Positions 38,581 through 50,900 are shown, counted from the stretch's first letter. The stretch: 64,000 bases of DNA from Gammaproteobacteria bacterium (GCA_030829985.1 JAURNW010000021.1:11611-75610); one strand, 5' to 3'. Notes: a model not told the origin generated them from the sequence alone. Translations and numbers: made by a program.

Positions 38581-41500
38581 TTATGCCGCGATCTTTAATG
38601 CAATTTCATTAAAAAGATATTCTAGTATCTCGAAACGTGATTCACTATCTGGTAATTCTTTGCTAATTCTTAACTTATCCTGCCCGTCAAGTTTATAACT
38701 ACGCGGATCTGATTGTATTAACTGAATAATACGACCCGGATCAATATTAGCCTTGGGCTGAAAGAAAATACGGCCCCCATTTTGTCCAAGATCGATTTTA
38801 CGAATGCCCAATGGTTTTGCTAATTGTTTTAGGTTACTAATTTCAAACAAATTCTTAAGCGCATCAGGCAACAAACCAAATCGGTCAATCATTTCTTCTT
38901 TCATTTCATTTAATTCTGAATCTGATTTCGCACTGGCAATTCGTTTGTACATGATCAGTCGCATATGTACATCCGGCAGAAAATCTTCCGGGATCAAGGC
39001 AGGAATGTGCAGATCAATTTCTGCACCATGGTCAAGGGGACGATCCAGTTCCGGTTGTTTTCCTTCTTTCATTGCTTGAACCGCCCTGTCCAATAGTTCC
39101 ATATACAAACCAAACCCTATTTCTTGAATATGCCCACTTTGACCTTCACCGAGTATTTCACCAGCGCCTCTTATCTCAAGATCATGTGTTGCCAGTGTAA
39201 ATCCAATACCTAATTCTTCCAGCGCTTCAATGGCTTCAAGACGTTTTATAGCATCAGCAGTTATTGCTTTACGTGGTGGGACAATTAAATAAGCATAAGC
39301 ACGATGATGTGAACGCCCTACCCGCCCACGTAATTGATAGAGCTGAGCCAAACCAAATTTATCCGCACGATCGATAATAATAGTATTTGCACTGGGTACA
39401 TCAATGCCGGTCTCTATAATGGTAGTGCAGACCAGAACATTAAAACGTCGGTGATAAAAATCAAGCATAATCGATTCAAGTTGCTTTTCAGGCATTTGTC
39501 CATGTGCAAACTCAACGCGTGCTTCGGGTAATAATTTTTCAATTTCTGCAGCGGTCTTTTCTATCGATTTTACTTCATTATGCAAATAGAATACTTGTCC
39601 TCCTCGCTTTATCTCTCGCAACATTGCTTCTTTGAGTAAAATATCACTACGCTCTCGCACAAATGTTTTTACTGCCAATCGCCGTGATGGTGGAGTCGCT
39701 ATAATTGAGAGTTCACGTAGATCCGACAAGGCCATGTTTAAAGTTCTCGGTATCGGTGTTGCGGTCAGGGTCAAGACATCGATTTCTGCGCGCAGGGATT
39801 TAAATTTTTCTTTTTGACGTACACCAAAACGATGTTCTTCATCAATAATGATGAGTCCAAGATTTTTAAAATCAATATCGTTCTGTAATAATTTATGTGT
39901 ACCTATAACTATGTCTGCCTTACCATCAGACATTGCTGTTAAGGCAATGCCCTGCTCTTTCTTAGAACGAAACCGGGATAATAATTCTATCCTCACTGGC
40001 CAATCGGAAAAACGATCAATAAAATTTTGATAATGTTGCTGTGCTAACAAGGTGGTAGGTACCAATAAGGCAACCTGCTTTCCATTTTGAACGGCAATAA
40101 ATGCCGCACGCATTGCCACCTCTGTCTTACCAAAGCCCGCATCACCACAGACAAGTCTATCCATAGGTTTATCGTTACGCATATCCGCTATCATGGCCTC
40201 TATAGCATCAGATTGCCCGGGTGTTTCTTCAAATGGAAACTTTTGGGTGAAGGCATAGTAAGCATCTTGATCAAATTCATAAGACTGACCCTGTCTTGCA
40301 GCACGACGAGCGTGTAATTCCAATAACTCTGCAGCCACATCATAAACTTTCTCTGCTGCCTTACGTCTGGCCTTCTGCCATTGTCCGCTACCCAATTTAT
40401 GTAAAGGTGCATGTTCCGGATCGACACCGGTATAACGTGAAATTAATTCTAATGCTCCGACAGGCACATAAAGTTTATCGCCATCAGCGTATTCCAGATG
40501 AATGAATTCACCGGGTATCCCTCCTGCATCAATGGTAATCAATCCGCAATAACGGCCGACACCATGATCTTCATGTACAACGGGCGCACCAACCCTCAGT
40601 TCAGTCAGGTTACGAACAACGGCTTCTGCATCTTGCTGTTTGCGTTTACGCAGACGCCGTTGCATTACGCGTTCACCAAATAACTGCGCCTCGGTAATAA
40701 TGGCAATATTCGGATCATGCATAATCAAACCATTTTCAATCGGCATAATTGCAATGCCAAAACTAACATCACCGTTTAGAAAACTATCCCAGTTTTCAAC
40801 TTTGGTCGGCACACCATATTGTTTAAATAACTCCATTATCGTTTCTCGTCGACCCTGAGTTTCAGCAGCGATTAAAACGCGACCTTCAAAATCAGCAATA
40901 AAACGTTTTACTAATGAGAGTGGATCTTTAGCACGGGCATCAATTGAAAGGTTTGTCGGTAACTCGGAGTCATACTCAATCAGCTTTAACCCTGATTCAG
41001 TTGTAAGATTAGCAATATAGATCTGGGTATAAGGCTTTAATGCCGTATAAAGGTCATTGATATTAAGAAATACATCACGTGGCGGCAAAATAGGTCTTTC
41101 AACATCATAACGTTCTTGTTCGTAACGTGATTCGATATCATGCCAGAATAATTCAGCTGCATCCTGTACCCCTTCATCCAGGACCAGGATCGCATCGTCA
41201 TGTAAATAATCAAATATGAGGCTGGTCTCTTGATAAAATAGAGGCAAATAATATTCAATACCTGCCGGTGCAAGTGATTGACTAACATCACGATAGATAG
41301 GACATTGAGCTGGATTGCCTTCAAAACGCATACGCCAATTTTCCCGAAAACGCGCAATCCCTTCATCTACCAGTGCTACTTCCCGTGCCGGCAATACACG
41401 TATAGATTCAATTTTATTTATCGAGCGTTGTGAATCTATATCAAAGGTACGGATACTATCGATTTCATCATCAAATAAATCGATTCGAAATGGGTGCATT

Positions 41501-42054
41501 GCACCCATAGGGAAGATATCCAACAGGGAGCCTCTTGTTGAAACTTCGCCATGTTCACTCACCTGATCGACAAAGCGATAACCTTGTTGAGTCAGCTGTT
41601 TTCTAAATTCATCAAGACGAATAGTTTGTCCTGAATCCAGTACCAGACTATTAGCCGTTAAATAATCTTTTGGTAACAAACGATGCATAACAGTCGTTAT
41701 TGGAACAATCAGAATACCTTGCTTCATATCAGGTAAATCAAACAGTGTTTGTAAACGCTCTGAAATAATATCCTGATATGGAGAAAAGAGATCGTATGGC
41801 AAGGTTTCCCAGTCTGGGAGGGTAATTACTGGAATTGAGCTGCTCGTGCCCAGATACACTTTTAATTCATTGATCAGGTTCACTGCGCTAATTGTGTTAG
41901 CAGTTATAACAACAATTGGTTTTTGTTCCTGAGTTGCCATATTGGCAATGACCAGTGATCTGGCACTACCGTATAAACGACTCCAGTTTATTTTTGACTG
42001 GCCTGCTCCGGGCAACTTTGGAGACAATACATTTTGTCGCGTAGGCACTGTCAT
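38581..42054 (-). CDS. mfd: Transcription-repair coupling factor Mfd
   Basis: 1157 aa with a UvrB-homology N-terminus, a helicase Walker A (GDAGFGKTEVA), DEEHRFG and a TRG motif region. Confidence 0.97.
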   Translation of the reverse strand: MTVPTRQNVLSPKLPGAGQSKINWSRLYGSARSLVIANMATQEQKPIVVITANTISAVNLINELKVYLGTSSSIPVITLPDWETLPYDLFSPYQDIISERLQTLFDLPDMKQGILIVPITTVMHRLLPKDYLTANSLVLDSGQTIRLDEFRKQLTQQGYRFVDQVSEHGEVSTRGSLLDIFPMGAMHPFRIDLFDDEIDSIRTFDIDSQRSINKIESIRVLPAREVALVDEGIARFRENWRMRFEGNPAQCPIYRDVSQSLAPAGIEYYLPLFYQETSLIFDYLHDDAILVLDEGVQDAAELFWHDIESRYEQERYDVERPILPPRDVFLNINDLYTALKPYTQIYIANLTTESGLKLIEYDSELPTNLSIDARAKDPLSLVKRFIADFEGRVLIAAETQGRRETIMELFKQYGVPTKVENWDSFLNGDVSFGIAIMPIENGLIMHDPNIAIITEAQLFGERVMQRRLRKRKQQDAEAVVRNLTELRVGAPVVHEDHGVGRYCGLITIDAGGIPGEFIHLEYADGDKLYVPVGALELISRYTGVDPEHAPLHKLGSGQWQKARRKAAEKVYDVAAELLELHARRAARQGQSYEFDQDAYYAFTQKFPFEETPGQSDAIEAMIADMRNDKPMDRLVCGDAGFGKTEVAMRAAFIAVQNGKQVALLVPTTLLAQQHYQNFIDRFSDWPVRIELLSRFRSKKEQGIALTAMSDGKADIVIGTHKLLQNDIDFKNLGLIIIDEEHRFGVRQKEKFKSLRAEIDVLTLTATPIPRTLNMALSDLRELSIIATPPSRRLAVKTFVRERSDILLKEAMLREIKRGGQVFYLHNEVKSIEKTAAEIEKLLPEARVEFAHGQMPEKQLESIMLDFYHRRFNVLVCTTIIETGIDVPSANTIIIDRADKFGLAQLYQLRGRVGRSHHRAYAYLIVPPRKAITADAIKRLEAIEALEELGIGFTLATHDLEIRGAGEILGEGQSGHIQEIGFGLYMELLDRAVQAMKEGKQPELDRPLDHGAEIDLHIPALIPEDFLPDVHMRLIMYKRIASAKSDSELNEMKEEMIDRFGLLPDALKNLFEISNLKQLAKPLGIRKIDLGQNGGRIFFQPKANIDPGRIIQLIQSDPRSYKLDGQDKLRISKELPDSESRFEILEYLFNEIALKIAA

Positions 42055-42067
42055 CTAGATAAAAAAC

Positions 42068-42772
42068 TTATTCTGCTGAATTTATATCAGCATTAATTGC
42101 ATTCAATGCAGCAAGCGGATCTTCAGCGCGTGTAATAGGTCGACCAATAACAAGGTAATGACTGCCAGCATTGATTGCTTCTGTTGGCGTCATTACACGT
42201 TGTTGATCATCTTTACTGGAATCTGCCGGGCGTATTCCAGGTGTAACAAGACAAAACTCTTTTCCTAATTGAAGACTCAAATCAGTTGCTTCCATGGCTG
42301 AACAAACAACACCGTCCAGACCGGAAGATTTCGCCAATTTAGCTAAAAGTATCACCTGTTCCTTTACAGTATTCGTAATAGCAAGTTCATGTATGTCATT
42401 ATCATTAATGCTGGTTAAAACAGTAACAGCAATAAGTAACGGTTTATGCGTTGATTTCTCCAATGCGTCACGCGCAGCTTCCATCATGCTTCTGCCTCCA
42501 GATGCATGAACATTAAGCATCCATACGCCTAAATCTGCTGCTACCCGACATGCACTGGCAACGGTATTGGGTATATCGTGATATTTAAGATCAAGAAAGA
42601 TATCAAAATCCATTTTAATGAATTTTTCAATCAACGCAGGTCCTTCGCGTGTAAAGAGTTCTTTGCCAACCTTGAGTTTACAGCTGGTTGGATCCAGTTT
42701 TTGGCAAAGTTCCAGTGCTTGTTTAGCCGCTGGGAAATCCAGTGAAACGATAACGCGATTATTATTATTCAC
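42068..42772 (-). CDS. pyrF: Orotidine 5'-phosphate decarboxylase
   Basis: It has the motifs [15 protein letters not shown] and VIGRPI. I chose the GTG at 42772 (8-nt overlap with the lapB stop). The ATG at 42856 from the ORF track would overlap 92 nt of lapB. Confidence 0.85.
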   Translation of the reverse strand: MNNNNRVIVSLDFPAAKQALELCQKLDPTSCKLKVGKELFTREGPALIEKFIKMDFDIFLDLKYHDIPNTVASACRVAADLGVWMLNVHASGGRSMMEAARDALEKSTHKPLLIAVTVLTSINDNDIHELAITNTVKEQVILLAKLAKSSGLDGVVCSAMEATDLSLQLGKEFCLVTPGIRPADSSKDDQQRVMTPTEAINAGSHYLVIGRPITRAEDPLAALNAINADINSAE

Positions 42773-43943
42773 CGGCCACACCAAAGACAGGTTTGACTGT
42801 ATCCCAATTTTTACAGCCAGGGCACATCCAGTGCATTTGCTTGGCATCAAAACCACAACTATTGCATTTATACATGGATCGGCTATCGATTAATTGACCG
42901 GTTAGTTCTTTAATTGTCTTTAGGTGATCATATGTTTCACCCTCAGATCTCGATAATGCGTACTCGATAAGACGATCGACGCCTTTAACAGTAGGCCGAC
43001 TTTTTAGTTCATCCGAGATGAAACGAATTGCGGCATTTTCACCTTCCCGTTCAGCAATTAATTCTGTCAACATTAATAAGGAACTGATGCCACCATAGAT
43101 GTTTACCAACATTCTCAGATATTCAACAAACTCATCCACACGATCCAGTTTTCGATAACAATCAAATAATGGTCCAATAATTTCTGTAATGTAATCACTG
43201 TCCTGTGCTTCAATCCGTTTATATGATTTTATCGCCAGCTTTTCCTTTCCAATGCGTTGAAACATTTGCGCTTCAATTAAACTTGCACGTACGCAACCTG
43301 TATTAAAACTGATTGCACGTCGTATGTTATCTTTTACAACACGCATATTTCCTTCACGTAATGCTGACTCAGCACGTTCACAATAAAACTGGGCAATAAC
43401 CGGATTTAAAGAATCACCTGAAATAAGTTCAAGTTTTCTGGCAATGTTAATTGCATTTTCCCAATCTTTTTCCTGTTGATATATTTCCAACAACTCAGAG
43501 TACGCCTGATTCAGGTGTAAGTCAGAATTGACTAATTCAAGAAATAAACCTTCTGCACGATCCAGTAAACCTAAACGCATGTAGTCCATACCTAACTCAA
43601 GCAAGGCATGTGCTCGTTGTTCACGATTAAGTGTAGGCCGAGCAATCAAATTTTGATGAATCCTGATCGCACGATCAACTTCACCGCGACGACGAAATAG
43701 ATTTCCAAGTGCCAGGTGTGTCTCGACAGTTTCACTATCAACCTCAAGCATACGAATAAAAACTTCAATAGCCTTGTCTGGTTGCTCATTTAATACAAAA
43801 TTCAGTCCCTTAAAATACTCGGGATAAATTGAACTTGAAGATTGTTTATTTTTTGAATCAATAGTGCGTCTGGCAATCCACCAACCGCTAAAAGCAGCGA
43901 TCGGTAATAATAACCATAGCAAGTACATCTGTGATTGCATCAA
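42765..43943 (-). CDS. lapB: Lipopolysaccharide assembly protein LapB (YciM)
   Basis: 392 aa with an N-terminal TM, TPR repeats and a C-terminal rubredoxin-like zinc site (CNSCGF...CPGC). Confidence 0.9.
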   Translation of the reverse strand: MMQSQMYLLWLLLPIAAFSGWWIARRTIDSKNKQSSSSIYPEYFKGLNFVLNEQPDKAIEVFIRMLEVDSETVETHLALGNLFRRRGEVDRAIRIHQNLIARPTLNREQRAHALLELGMDYMRLGLLDRAEGLFLELVNSDLHLNQAYSELLEIYQQEKDWENAINIARKLELISGDSLNPVIAQFYCERAESALREGNMRVVKDNIRRAISFNTGCVRASLIEAQMFQRIGKEKLAIKSYKRIEAQDSDYITEIIGPLFDCYRKLDRVDEFVEYLRMLVNIYGGISSLLMLTELIAEREGENAAIRFISDELKSRPTVKGVDRLIEYALSRSEGETYDHLKTIKELTGQLIDSRSMYKCNSCGFDAKQMHWMCPGCKNWDTVKPVFGVAGE

Positions 43944-43945
43944 TA

Positions 43946-44233
43946 CTAGTCCCTGACCGGCATGACACGAAGGTTGTTGATTTCTTTTTCGCTATTCTTG
44001 ATTTGTCTTTCCAGTTTCGACTTTTCTCGCTTCAATTTGATTAACATCGGTAAACTGGCAACAACACCTAGCATCGAACCAATAAACAAGACAATGACTA
44101 CCAACCAGGACATCGGTAGATTAATGGCACCGACATAATAATTTAATTCTATTAATTGATTATTTTTCAAATGAAAAGCTAAACCAATCAGCAAAATTAC
44201 AAATACAAGAATCAATTTCGCAATACGGGACAT
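43946..44233 (-). CDS. lapA: Lipopolysaccharide assembly protein LapA (YciS, DUF1049)
   Basis: 95 aa with two TM segments and a basic coiled C-terminus. It lies directly upstream of lapB. Confidence 0.8.
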   Translation of the reverse strand: MSRIAKLILVFVILLIGLAFHLKNNQLIELNYYVGAINLPMSWLVVIVLFIGSMLGVVASLPMLIKLKREKSKLERQIKNSEKEINNLRVMPVRD

Positions 44234-44470
44234 GGTATCTCCATCAGTATATCCATCAAGATTAAACCTAACTCATAGATAAAAATCTATGAATATAATT
44301 TTAGTATTCAATCAGATTATCGATTAGTCACAAAGAAAAGTATTTAACTTTTTAGTCCATCATTCCAGAAAAGACCACTACTTATACACAATAGACAGTC
44401 TGTCCAAACATGACAAGATCAACAACAGAAGATTTAATGCAGATAAACTATTTAGTATTTGAGTGACTAT

Positions 44471-44770
44471 TCAGTCAGTAATCGGGCTATGACAATTATT
44501 GACCCGTTCGCGCATTTGTTTACCAGGTTTAAAATGCGGGACATGTTTAGCTGGTAAGGATACTGGTTCGCCGGATTTTGGGTTTCGCCCGACTCTTGGT
44601 GGACGATAATGTAGTGAAAAGCTACCAAATCCACGGATCTCAATGCGTTCGCCATTTGAGAGCGTCGAAGACATATGCTCAAGGATTGTTTTAACCGCTA
44701 ACTCAACATCCTTATAAGCCAGTTGAGATTGCCGTCTAGCCAGTATTTCGATAAGTTCAGATTTTGTCAT
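44471..44770 (-). CDS. ihfB: Integration host factor subunit beta
   Basis: 99 aa beginning MTKSELIE, with the motif [22 protein letters not shown]. Confidence 0.95.
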   Translation of the reverse strand: MTKSELIEILARRQSQLAYKDVELAVKTILEHMSSTLSNGERIEIRGFGSFSLHYRPPRVGRNPKSGEPVSLPAKHVPHFKPGKQMRERVNNCHSPITD

Positions 44771-44976
44771 GCTTGTTTATCTCGGTCAGTGTGTTTCAGA
44801 CTCCCCGCCCAAACACGTCCAAGCCATTGTTATTATTCCTAAATCCTATCAGAAGATGAACAATTTGTAACAGCAATTTTTCATATTCTTCACTAAATAA
44901 AGCATATCTGATGCTTTTTTTCTGCTTAACGGCAAATAACTGTGATTATTACGTCCTTAAAGCGCATCTAAATATC

Positions 44977-45003
44977 AAAACCGGAACATCCTTGTACCGG
45001 TTT
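44977..45003 (-). terminator. Rho-independent terminator after rpsA
   Basis: The minus strand reads AAACCGG tacaaggatgtt CCGGTTTT. It is preceded by a second AT-rich imperfect hairpin at about 45007-45040. Confidence 0.55.
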
Positions 45004-45041
45004 AATGGTTTGAAATATCTTTAATTATATTTCAAAACCAC

Positions 45042-46712
45042 TTAATTATTGTCTAAATGCTCCTTCAAAAGGTCGCCCAACTTGGCTCCGCCACCTGATT
45101 CCGGCGCATAATCCTTAACAGTCGCTTGTTCATCATCAGACTCTTTTGCCTTGATTGACAAGTTAATAGACCGTTTCTTGCGGTCTATCGCAGTTATCTT
45201 AACTTCAATTTCTTCGCCTTCTTTTATAACCGAACGAGCATCATCGATAGGCTTTTCAAGGGAAATTTCACTCGCCTTTAAAGTACCTTCAACTCCATCA
45301 CCCAAAGCAATCGTCACATATTTCACATCTACATCCTGTGCGATACCTTTAACAATCGTTCCTTTTGGATTTTCGGCTACAAAACTTGAGAAAGGATCTC
45401 TTTCCAGTTGTTTAACACCAAGTGAAATTCGCTCTCTTTCTGCATCAACAGCCAGAACAACGGTCTCGACCTCTTCACCCTTGCTAAAATTACGGATTGA
45501 ATCATCAGCATTTTCAGCCCAGGTAACATCCGACAAATGCACCAGACCATCGATACCACCATCAAGCCCAATAAAGATACCAAAGTCTGTAATCGACTTA
45601 ATGACACCAACTACGCGATCACCTTTATTATGAGTTGCAGCAAATTGTTCCCATGGATTTGCCTGGCATTGTTTCATGCCAAGAGATATACGTCGTCGTT
45701 CCTGATCGATGTCGAGGATAATCACATCGCATTCCTGACCAATATGGACTAATTTTGATGGGTGTACATTTTTGTTTGTCCAGTCCATTTCTGAAACATG
45801 CACTAAACCTTCAACACCTTCTTCTAACTCAACGAAGCAACCATAATCAGCTAAATTGGTGACCTTGCCATGCAGACGAGCACCTTCTGGATAACGACGG
45901 GTTAAGTCTAGCCATGGATCTTCACCCATTTGTTTCAAGCCAAGGGATACGCGGTTCTTGTCGCGATCATATTTCAATACCTTAACTTCTATTTCATCAC
46001 CAATATTCACGATCTCACTAGGATTTTTAACACGCTTCCAGGCCATATCAGTGATATGCAGTAAACCATCAATGCCACCTAGATCAAGGAAAGCACCGTA
46101 ATCGGTAAGATTCTTAACAACGCCCTTGACCAAAGCACCTTCTTTCAGGGACTCGAGTAAAGCATCGCGTTCTACACTGCTTTCATTCTCGACAACAGCA
46201 CGGCGTGAGACGACAACATTGTTTCGCTTCTGATCGATTTTAATAACTTTAAATTCAAGCGGCTTCCCTTCAAGATAAGAGGTGTCACGAACTGGTCTTA
46301 CATCAACCAGTGAACCAGGCAAGAAGGCGCGAACTTTATCAACATCAACTGTGAAACCACCTTTTACACGTTCAGTAATTACACCGATGATGGTTGCATT
46401 TTCTTCATGTGCTTTTTCAAGTACCGTCCAGGCAATTTTACGTTTTGCTTTTTCACGAGAAAGACGAGTGACACCATAACCATCTTCGATAGAATCAAGT
46501 GCAACATCAACGGCATCACCAACGGCGACTTCAAGTTCGCCATGTTCGTCATAAAATTGATCTATGGGGATAATTCCTTCGGATTTTAGGCCTGCATTGA
46601 CTATGATATTGTCAGAGGTGACTTCAACGACTATGGCACTGATGATTGCGCCGGGGCGCATTTTATTTTCTATTTGGCTTTGTTCAAATAATTCTGCAAA
46701 ACTCTCGCTCAT
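45042..46712 (-). CDS. rpsA: 30S ribosomal protein S1
   Basis: 556 aa with six S1 repeats. Confidence 0.97.
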   Translation of the reverse strand: MSESFAELFEQSQIENKMRPGAIISAIVVEVTSDNIIVNAGLKSEGIIPIDQFYDEHGELEVAVGDAVDVALDSIEDGYGVTRLSREKAKRKIAWTVLEKAHEENATIIGVITERVKGGFTVDVDKVRAFLPGSLVDVRPVRDTSYLEGKPLEFKVIKIDQKRNNVVVSRRAVVENESSVERDALLESLKEGALVKGVVKNLTDYGAFLDLGGIDGLLHITDMAWKRVKNPSEIVNIGDEIEVKVLKYDRDKNRVSLGLKQMGEDPWLDLTRRYPEGARLHGKVTNLADYGCFVELEEGVEGLVHVSEMDWTNKNVHPSKLVHIGQECDVIILDIDQERRRISLGMKQCQANPWEQFAATHNKGDRVVGVIKSITDFGIFIGLDGGIDGLVHLSDVTWAENADDSIRNFSKGEEVETVVLAVDAERERISLGVKQLERDPFSSFVAENPKGTIVKGIAQDVDVKYVTIALGDGVEGTLKASEISLEKPIDDARSVIKEGEEIEVKITAIDRKKRSINLSIKAKESDDEQATVKDYAPESGGGAKLGDLLKEHLDNN

Positions 46713-46795
46713 GAAAGGTGATTCCTGAAACCTGCTAATATAACGGCAGGACTATATGTTAAGTTAATGTTTAGCCAAGCACTCATCGCGAGTGA

Positions 46796-47497
46796 TTAGC
46801 CACCTGTTTTTGGCAAACCCGGAATTCTTTTACACACTAATTCTGAAATATTTGCCACGACTGTATTAATATCCAATTTACTTGTATCTATTACAATCGC
46901 ATCTTCCGCAGGTTTTAGAGGCGATATAGAACGGGTACTATCACGTTCATCTCGCTCGGCAATATCAGCGGAAAGGCCGCGGAGATTAGCACTAATACCC
47001 TTTTCCTTCAACTGTTTATACCGCCTTTTAGCCCTCTCCTCAGCACTCGCTGTTAAATATATCTTTAGAGTTGCATCAGGGAAAACGACAGTACCCATAT
47101 CACGGCCATCGGCAATCAAGCCAGGGGTTTGATGAAAAGCTCGTTGTCTGGCCAACAAAGCCTTACGGACAGTAGCTATCGGCGCAATTATAGAAGCTGC
47201 ATTGCCGCATGTTTCTGTACGGATTTCTTCGGTAACATACTCCCCGTCTAGTAATACATTGACCAGGGATCCAGCTTCAGCGACTTTGAATTCGACATTT
47301 AAATTCTCCGCCAACTGCTCTAACGCCACATCGTCATCCTTATCTATACCCTGTTTCTCTGCTGCTAATGCCAGGACGCGGTACAAGGCACCACTATCCA
47401 GAAAATGCCAATGCAACCACTCAGCCAGATAACTACAGATGGTGCCTTTTCCAGTACCGCTGGGGCCATCAACTGTAATGATGGGGATATTAGACAT
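46796..47497 (-). CDS. cmk: (d)CMP kinase
   Basis: 233 aa with the P-loop motif DGPSGTGKGT. It overlaps the aroA stop by 8 nt. Confidence 0.95.
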   Translation of the reverse strand: MSNIPIITVDGPSGTGKGTICSYLAEWLHWHFLDSGALYRVLALAAEKQGIDKDDDVALEQLAENLNVEFKVAEAGSLVNVLLDGEYVTEEIRTETCGNAASIIAPIATVRKALLARQRAFHQTPGLIADGRDMGTVVFPDATLKIYLTASAEERAKRRYKQLKEKGISANLRGLSADIAERDERDSTRSISPLKPAEDAIVIDTSKLDINTVVANISELVCKRIPGLPKTGG

Positions 47498-48803
47498 AGT
47501 CGATATCCATACCGGCTTGTCTGGCTAAATCGACAAACCCGGGGAATGATGTCGAAACATTGTCACAATCATTAATCAACATACTTTCCGCAGAAATCAT
47601 TCCGGCAACAGCAAAAGCCATGGCAATGCGATGATCACCATGACTATTTATTTCGCCACCATCAAATTGACCACCCTGAATGACCATGCCATCTTCGGTT
47701 GCCTCAGCCTCGATCCCGGTCGCCATGAAACCGTCCAGCATCGATTGTATGCGGTCACTCTCTTTAACCCGTAATTCAGCAGCACCCGTCAGACGTGTTT
47801 CCCCTTTAGCACAAGCTGCTGCCACCAAAATTGCTGGAAACTCATCGATTGCAATTGAGACACAGTCTTCAGGAATAGCAATACCGCTTAATTCACTACT
47901 CTTTATATGGATATCAGCAACGGGTTCTCCTGACTGAACTCGTTCATTTTCGAGTGTAATATCAGCACCCATCATCTTCATTACCTTGAGCATGGCATTG
48001 CGAGTCGGGTTCACTCCAACGTTTTCCAGTATCAGATCAGAACCAGGCACTAATGTCGCTGCTACAATAAAAAATGCTGCTGAAGAAAAATCTGCTGGGA
48101 TGATTATTTCTGTACCGATCAGCTTATCTGCTTTGTCACAAGCTATTCTGCTTCCTTCTCTACGCAGTTGATGAGTAAAAGTGTTCAACATACGTTCGGT
48201 ATGATCCCGGGTAGGTTCGTTTTCGATAATGGTAGTTGTGCCTTCGGCATACAATCCTGCTAACAATAAACAAGATTTTAATTGAGCACTGGCTATTGGT
48301 AATTCATATTCAATGCCGTGTAACTGACGACCGCCAGTAATTTTTATCGGTAATGTACCTTTGTCGGTACAGTCAATCTCTGCATTCATGCTCCGTAATG
48401 GTTTAATTACCCGCAGCATCGGTCTTGTCATTAATGATTTATCGCCTATCAATTCTGAATTAAATGATTGAGCTGACAATAAGCCTGTCATTAGTCGTAC
48501 GGAGGTGCCTGAATTACCCAGATCCAGTGCGCCCGTGTGTCCATTCAGTCCATGTAAACCGACACCTTTAACTCGAACCAGTTTTCCGTCGTTTACTATT
48601 TCAACGCCCATCTGTTGAAATGCTTTTGCAGTCGCTAATGTATCTTCACCTTGCAAGAAACCATGAATCTTAGTTTCTCCTTCAGCAATTGCGCCTAACA
48701 TCATGGCCCGATGCGAAATGGATTTATCTCCGGGCACAGTGACTCGACCACTAAGAACACCACCGGGTTTAATTCGAAACCTTGAACCTCTTTTTGAGCT
48801 CAT
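47490..48803 (-). CDS. aroA: 3-phosphoshikimate 1-carboxyvinyltransferase (EPSP synthase)
   Basis: 437 aa with the motifs LGNSGTSVRL and DHRIAMAF. Confidence 0.95.
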   Translation of the reverse strand: MSSKRGSRFRIKPGGVLSGRVTVPGDKSISHRAMMLGAIAEGETKIHGFLQGEDTLATAKAFQQMGVEIVNDGKLVRVKGVGLHGLNGHTGALDLGNSGTSVRLMTGLLSAQSFNSELIGDKSLMTRPMLRVIKPLRSMNAEIDCTDKGTLPIKITGGRQLHGIEYELPIASAQLKSCLLLAGLYAEGTTTIIENEPTRDHTERMLNTFTHQLRREGSRIACDKADKLIGTEIIIPADFSSAAFFIVAATLVPGSDLILENVGVNPTRNAMLKVMKMMGADITLENERVQSGEPVADIHIKSSELSGIAIPEDCVSIAIDEFPAILVAAACAKGETRLTGAAELRVKESDRIQSMLDGFMATGIEAEATEDGMVIQGGQFDGGEINSHGDHRIAMAFAVAGMISAESMLINDCDNVSTSFPGFVDLARQAGMDIDYV

Positions 48804-48833
48804 GTTGATTTGTTATCCGATAAAGACTAACAA

Positions 48834-49724
48834 CTACTCGTTAGAAATAGCCGACTTATTTCTTGATTCAGAAAACTTGTCTCGGGCATTTTTGGCACGT
48901 TTAAAAATAGTTAGCAATTGTTGGCTATCCGATTTTTCGATAGCGTTTTTGATTTGATTAATATGCTGGGAAAAGCTATCTAATGAATTTAATAAGGCAT
49001 CTCTATTAGAAAAACAGATGTCATGCCACATCTCAGGACTACTAGAAGCAATACGTGTAAAGTCAGCGAAACCACCTGCTGCATACTTGAATATCTCTTC
49101 GCGTTCCTGCATCCCTGCCAGACAATCAACCAGAGCATAGGCCAGCATGTGTGGTAAATGACTGGTCGCTGCAAGGACATCATCATGATGTTTAACATCA
49201 AGATTAATCACATCGGCGCCGACTGCCTGCCACATATCGATAATTAACTGATGCGCTTTGGAATCCGTTTCAGGTAATGGCGTTAGTATTACGCGATGGT
49301 TAATGAACAACTCGGCAAATGAAGCTTCAACACCACTTTGCTCTGTTCCGGCAATCGGATGTCCTGGCACAAAATAAGGAAATTTATCACCCATGCTTCT
49401 TTTCGCAGCATCCACCACACTGCCTTTGGCACTGCCTACGTCCGTGAGTACTGCACCTGCTTTCAAAGAGTCAACAATTTTAGGCAGCAATTTTTCTGTG
49501 GTCGATAATGGCGTGCCAATAACAACTACATCAGCACCACTTACTGCTTCATGTATATTTAATGAATAATCATCAATTACATCCAACTCGATGGCTTTTT
49601 TCAAACTGTCTTCATTTCGGTTACAACCAGTTACCCGATTGACCAGTTTGGCCTTACGTAAAGCACGCGCAAGCGAACCACCAATAAGTCCAACACCAAT
49701 GATACTAAGATGATCAATTAACAT
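48834..49724 (-). CDS. tyrA: Prephenate/arogenate dehydrogenase
   Basis: 296 aa with a Rossmann motif (IGVGLIGGS) and a prephenate dehydrogenase core (HPIAG). Confidence 0.9.
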   Translation of the reverse strand: MLIDHLSIIGVGLIGGSLARALRKAKLVNRVTGCNRNEDSLKKAIELDVIDDYSLNIHEAVSGADVVVIGTPLSTTEKLLPKIVDSLKAGAVLTDVGSAKGSVVDAAKRSMGDKFPYFVPGHPIAGTEQSGVEASFAELFINHRVILTPLPETDSKAHQLIIDMWQAVGADVINLDVKHHDDVLAATSHLPHMLAYALVDCLAGMQEREEIFKYAAGGFADFTRIASSSPEMWHDICFSNRDALLNSLDSFSQHINQIKNAIEKSDSQQLLTIFKRAKNARDKFSESRNKSAISNE

Positions 49725-49727
49725 CGT

Positions 49728-50831
49728 TTATGCTGCCATAATTTTAGTAAGCTCATTTATAAAACGAGCATTTTCTGATTCAAGACCAATACTGATACGT
49801 AAATGATTCGGCATACCATAGTTTGCTACAGGACGGACAATGACTCCGGCCTTGAGTAAAGCATGATAGATCTGATCTGCCGGCTGCTCAAAATCAATAC
49901 ATATAAAATTGCCTTTGGACGGGATAAAATCCAGCCCCAAACTATCAAATGCTTTTATCAGCATAGTCATGCCAGATTGATTGTTAGTCACACTACGATC
50001 AATATATTCTTTATCTTGTAAAGCGGCTTCAGCAGCAACTAATGCCAAACTATTGTTGTTGAAAGGTTGGCGCACTCGGTTTAATAAATTTGCAATATCC
50101 GGATGAGACAAGCCATAACCTACACGTAGACCCGCTAAACCATAGGCTTTGGAAAAAGTTCGAGTTACAATCAAATTATTAAATTCATTTAACCACAAAC
50201 TGCTATCAGGATAATTCGCTTCGATACGTGCATATTCAAAATAAGCTTCATCTACCAAAACAATGACATGCTCAGGTACATTTTCAAGCAGTGATTTTAG
50301 TTCAAGACTGTTAACCCAGGTGCCGGTTGGATTATTCGGATTGGCGATAAACATTAATCGTGTTTTATCAGTCACTGCATCCAACATAGCGGCCAAATCA
50401 TGCCCCCAGTCTTTCGCCGGAACCACAACATGTTCTGCACCAACTGCCTGAGTGACGATAGGGTAAACCGCAAAAGAATGCTGTGAGTAAATAACCTGAT
50501 GTACATTGGTAACAAAGGCACGCGCAACCATTTCCAGAATATCATTTGAACCGTTACCTAATGTAATACAGTCTGCCGCAATACTATGTTTATTTGCCAG
50601 AGCCTGCTTTAGCTTAAAACCATTACCATCCGGATAACGCGATAAATCTGTTGTCGCCGCAATAACGTCTAATACATGTTGACCAGGTCCGAATGGATTT
50701 TCATTGGAAGCGAGTTTTATAATCTCATCAACACCAAGTTCGCGCTGTAATTCGTCAATAGGCTTGCCTGGTTGATAAGGCTGCAGACCCGAGACACCTG
50801 GTGTTGCGAGCGTTAAGAGATCACAGGACAT
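49728..50831 (-). CDS. hisC: Histidinol-phosphate / aromatic aminotransferase (HisC family)
   Basis: 367 aa with the PLP-lysine context FSKAYGLAGLRVGY. It lies within the aromatic amino-acid cluster. Confidence 0.9.
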   Translation of the reverse strand: MSCDLLTLATPGVSGLQPYQPGKPIDELQRELGVDEIIKLASNENPFGPGQHVLDVIAATTDLSRYPDGNGFKLKQALANKHSIAADCITLGNGSNDILEMVARAFVTNVHQVIYSQHSFAVYPIVTQAVGAEHVVVPAKDWGHDLAAMLDAVTDKTRLMFIANPNNPTGTWVNSLELKSLLENVPEHVIVLVDEAYFEYARIEANYPDSSLWLNEFNNLIVTRTFSKAYGLAGLRVGYGLSHPDIANLLNRVRQPFNNNSLALVAAEAALQDKEYIDRSVTNNQSGMTMLIKAFDSLGLDFIPSKGNFICIDFEQPADQIYHALLKAGVIVRPVANYGMPNHLRISIGLESENARFINELTKIMAA

Positions 50832-50900
50832 ATAAATTCATTCCTAAACATTTGATATTTTGTTTCAAGACAGCACGTAAAGAGGATTAATAAACTAATT

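Noticed and set aside
42773-42856. N-terminal extension of pyrF starting at the ATG at 42856
   Set aside because: It would overlap 92 nt of lapB and add 28 residues not seen in PyrF proteins as I remember them. The GTG at 42772 gives a normal-length N-terminus before the VSLDF motif.
45151-45633. 160-aa ORF antisense to rpsA
   Set aside because: It is a Ser/Thr/Pro-rich shadow ORF opposite the highly conserved S1 repeats.
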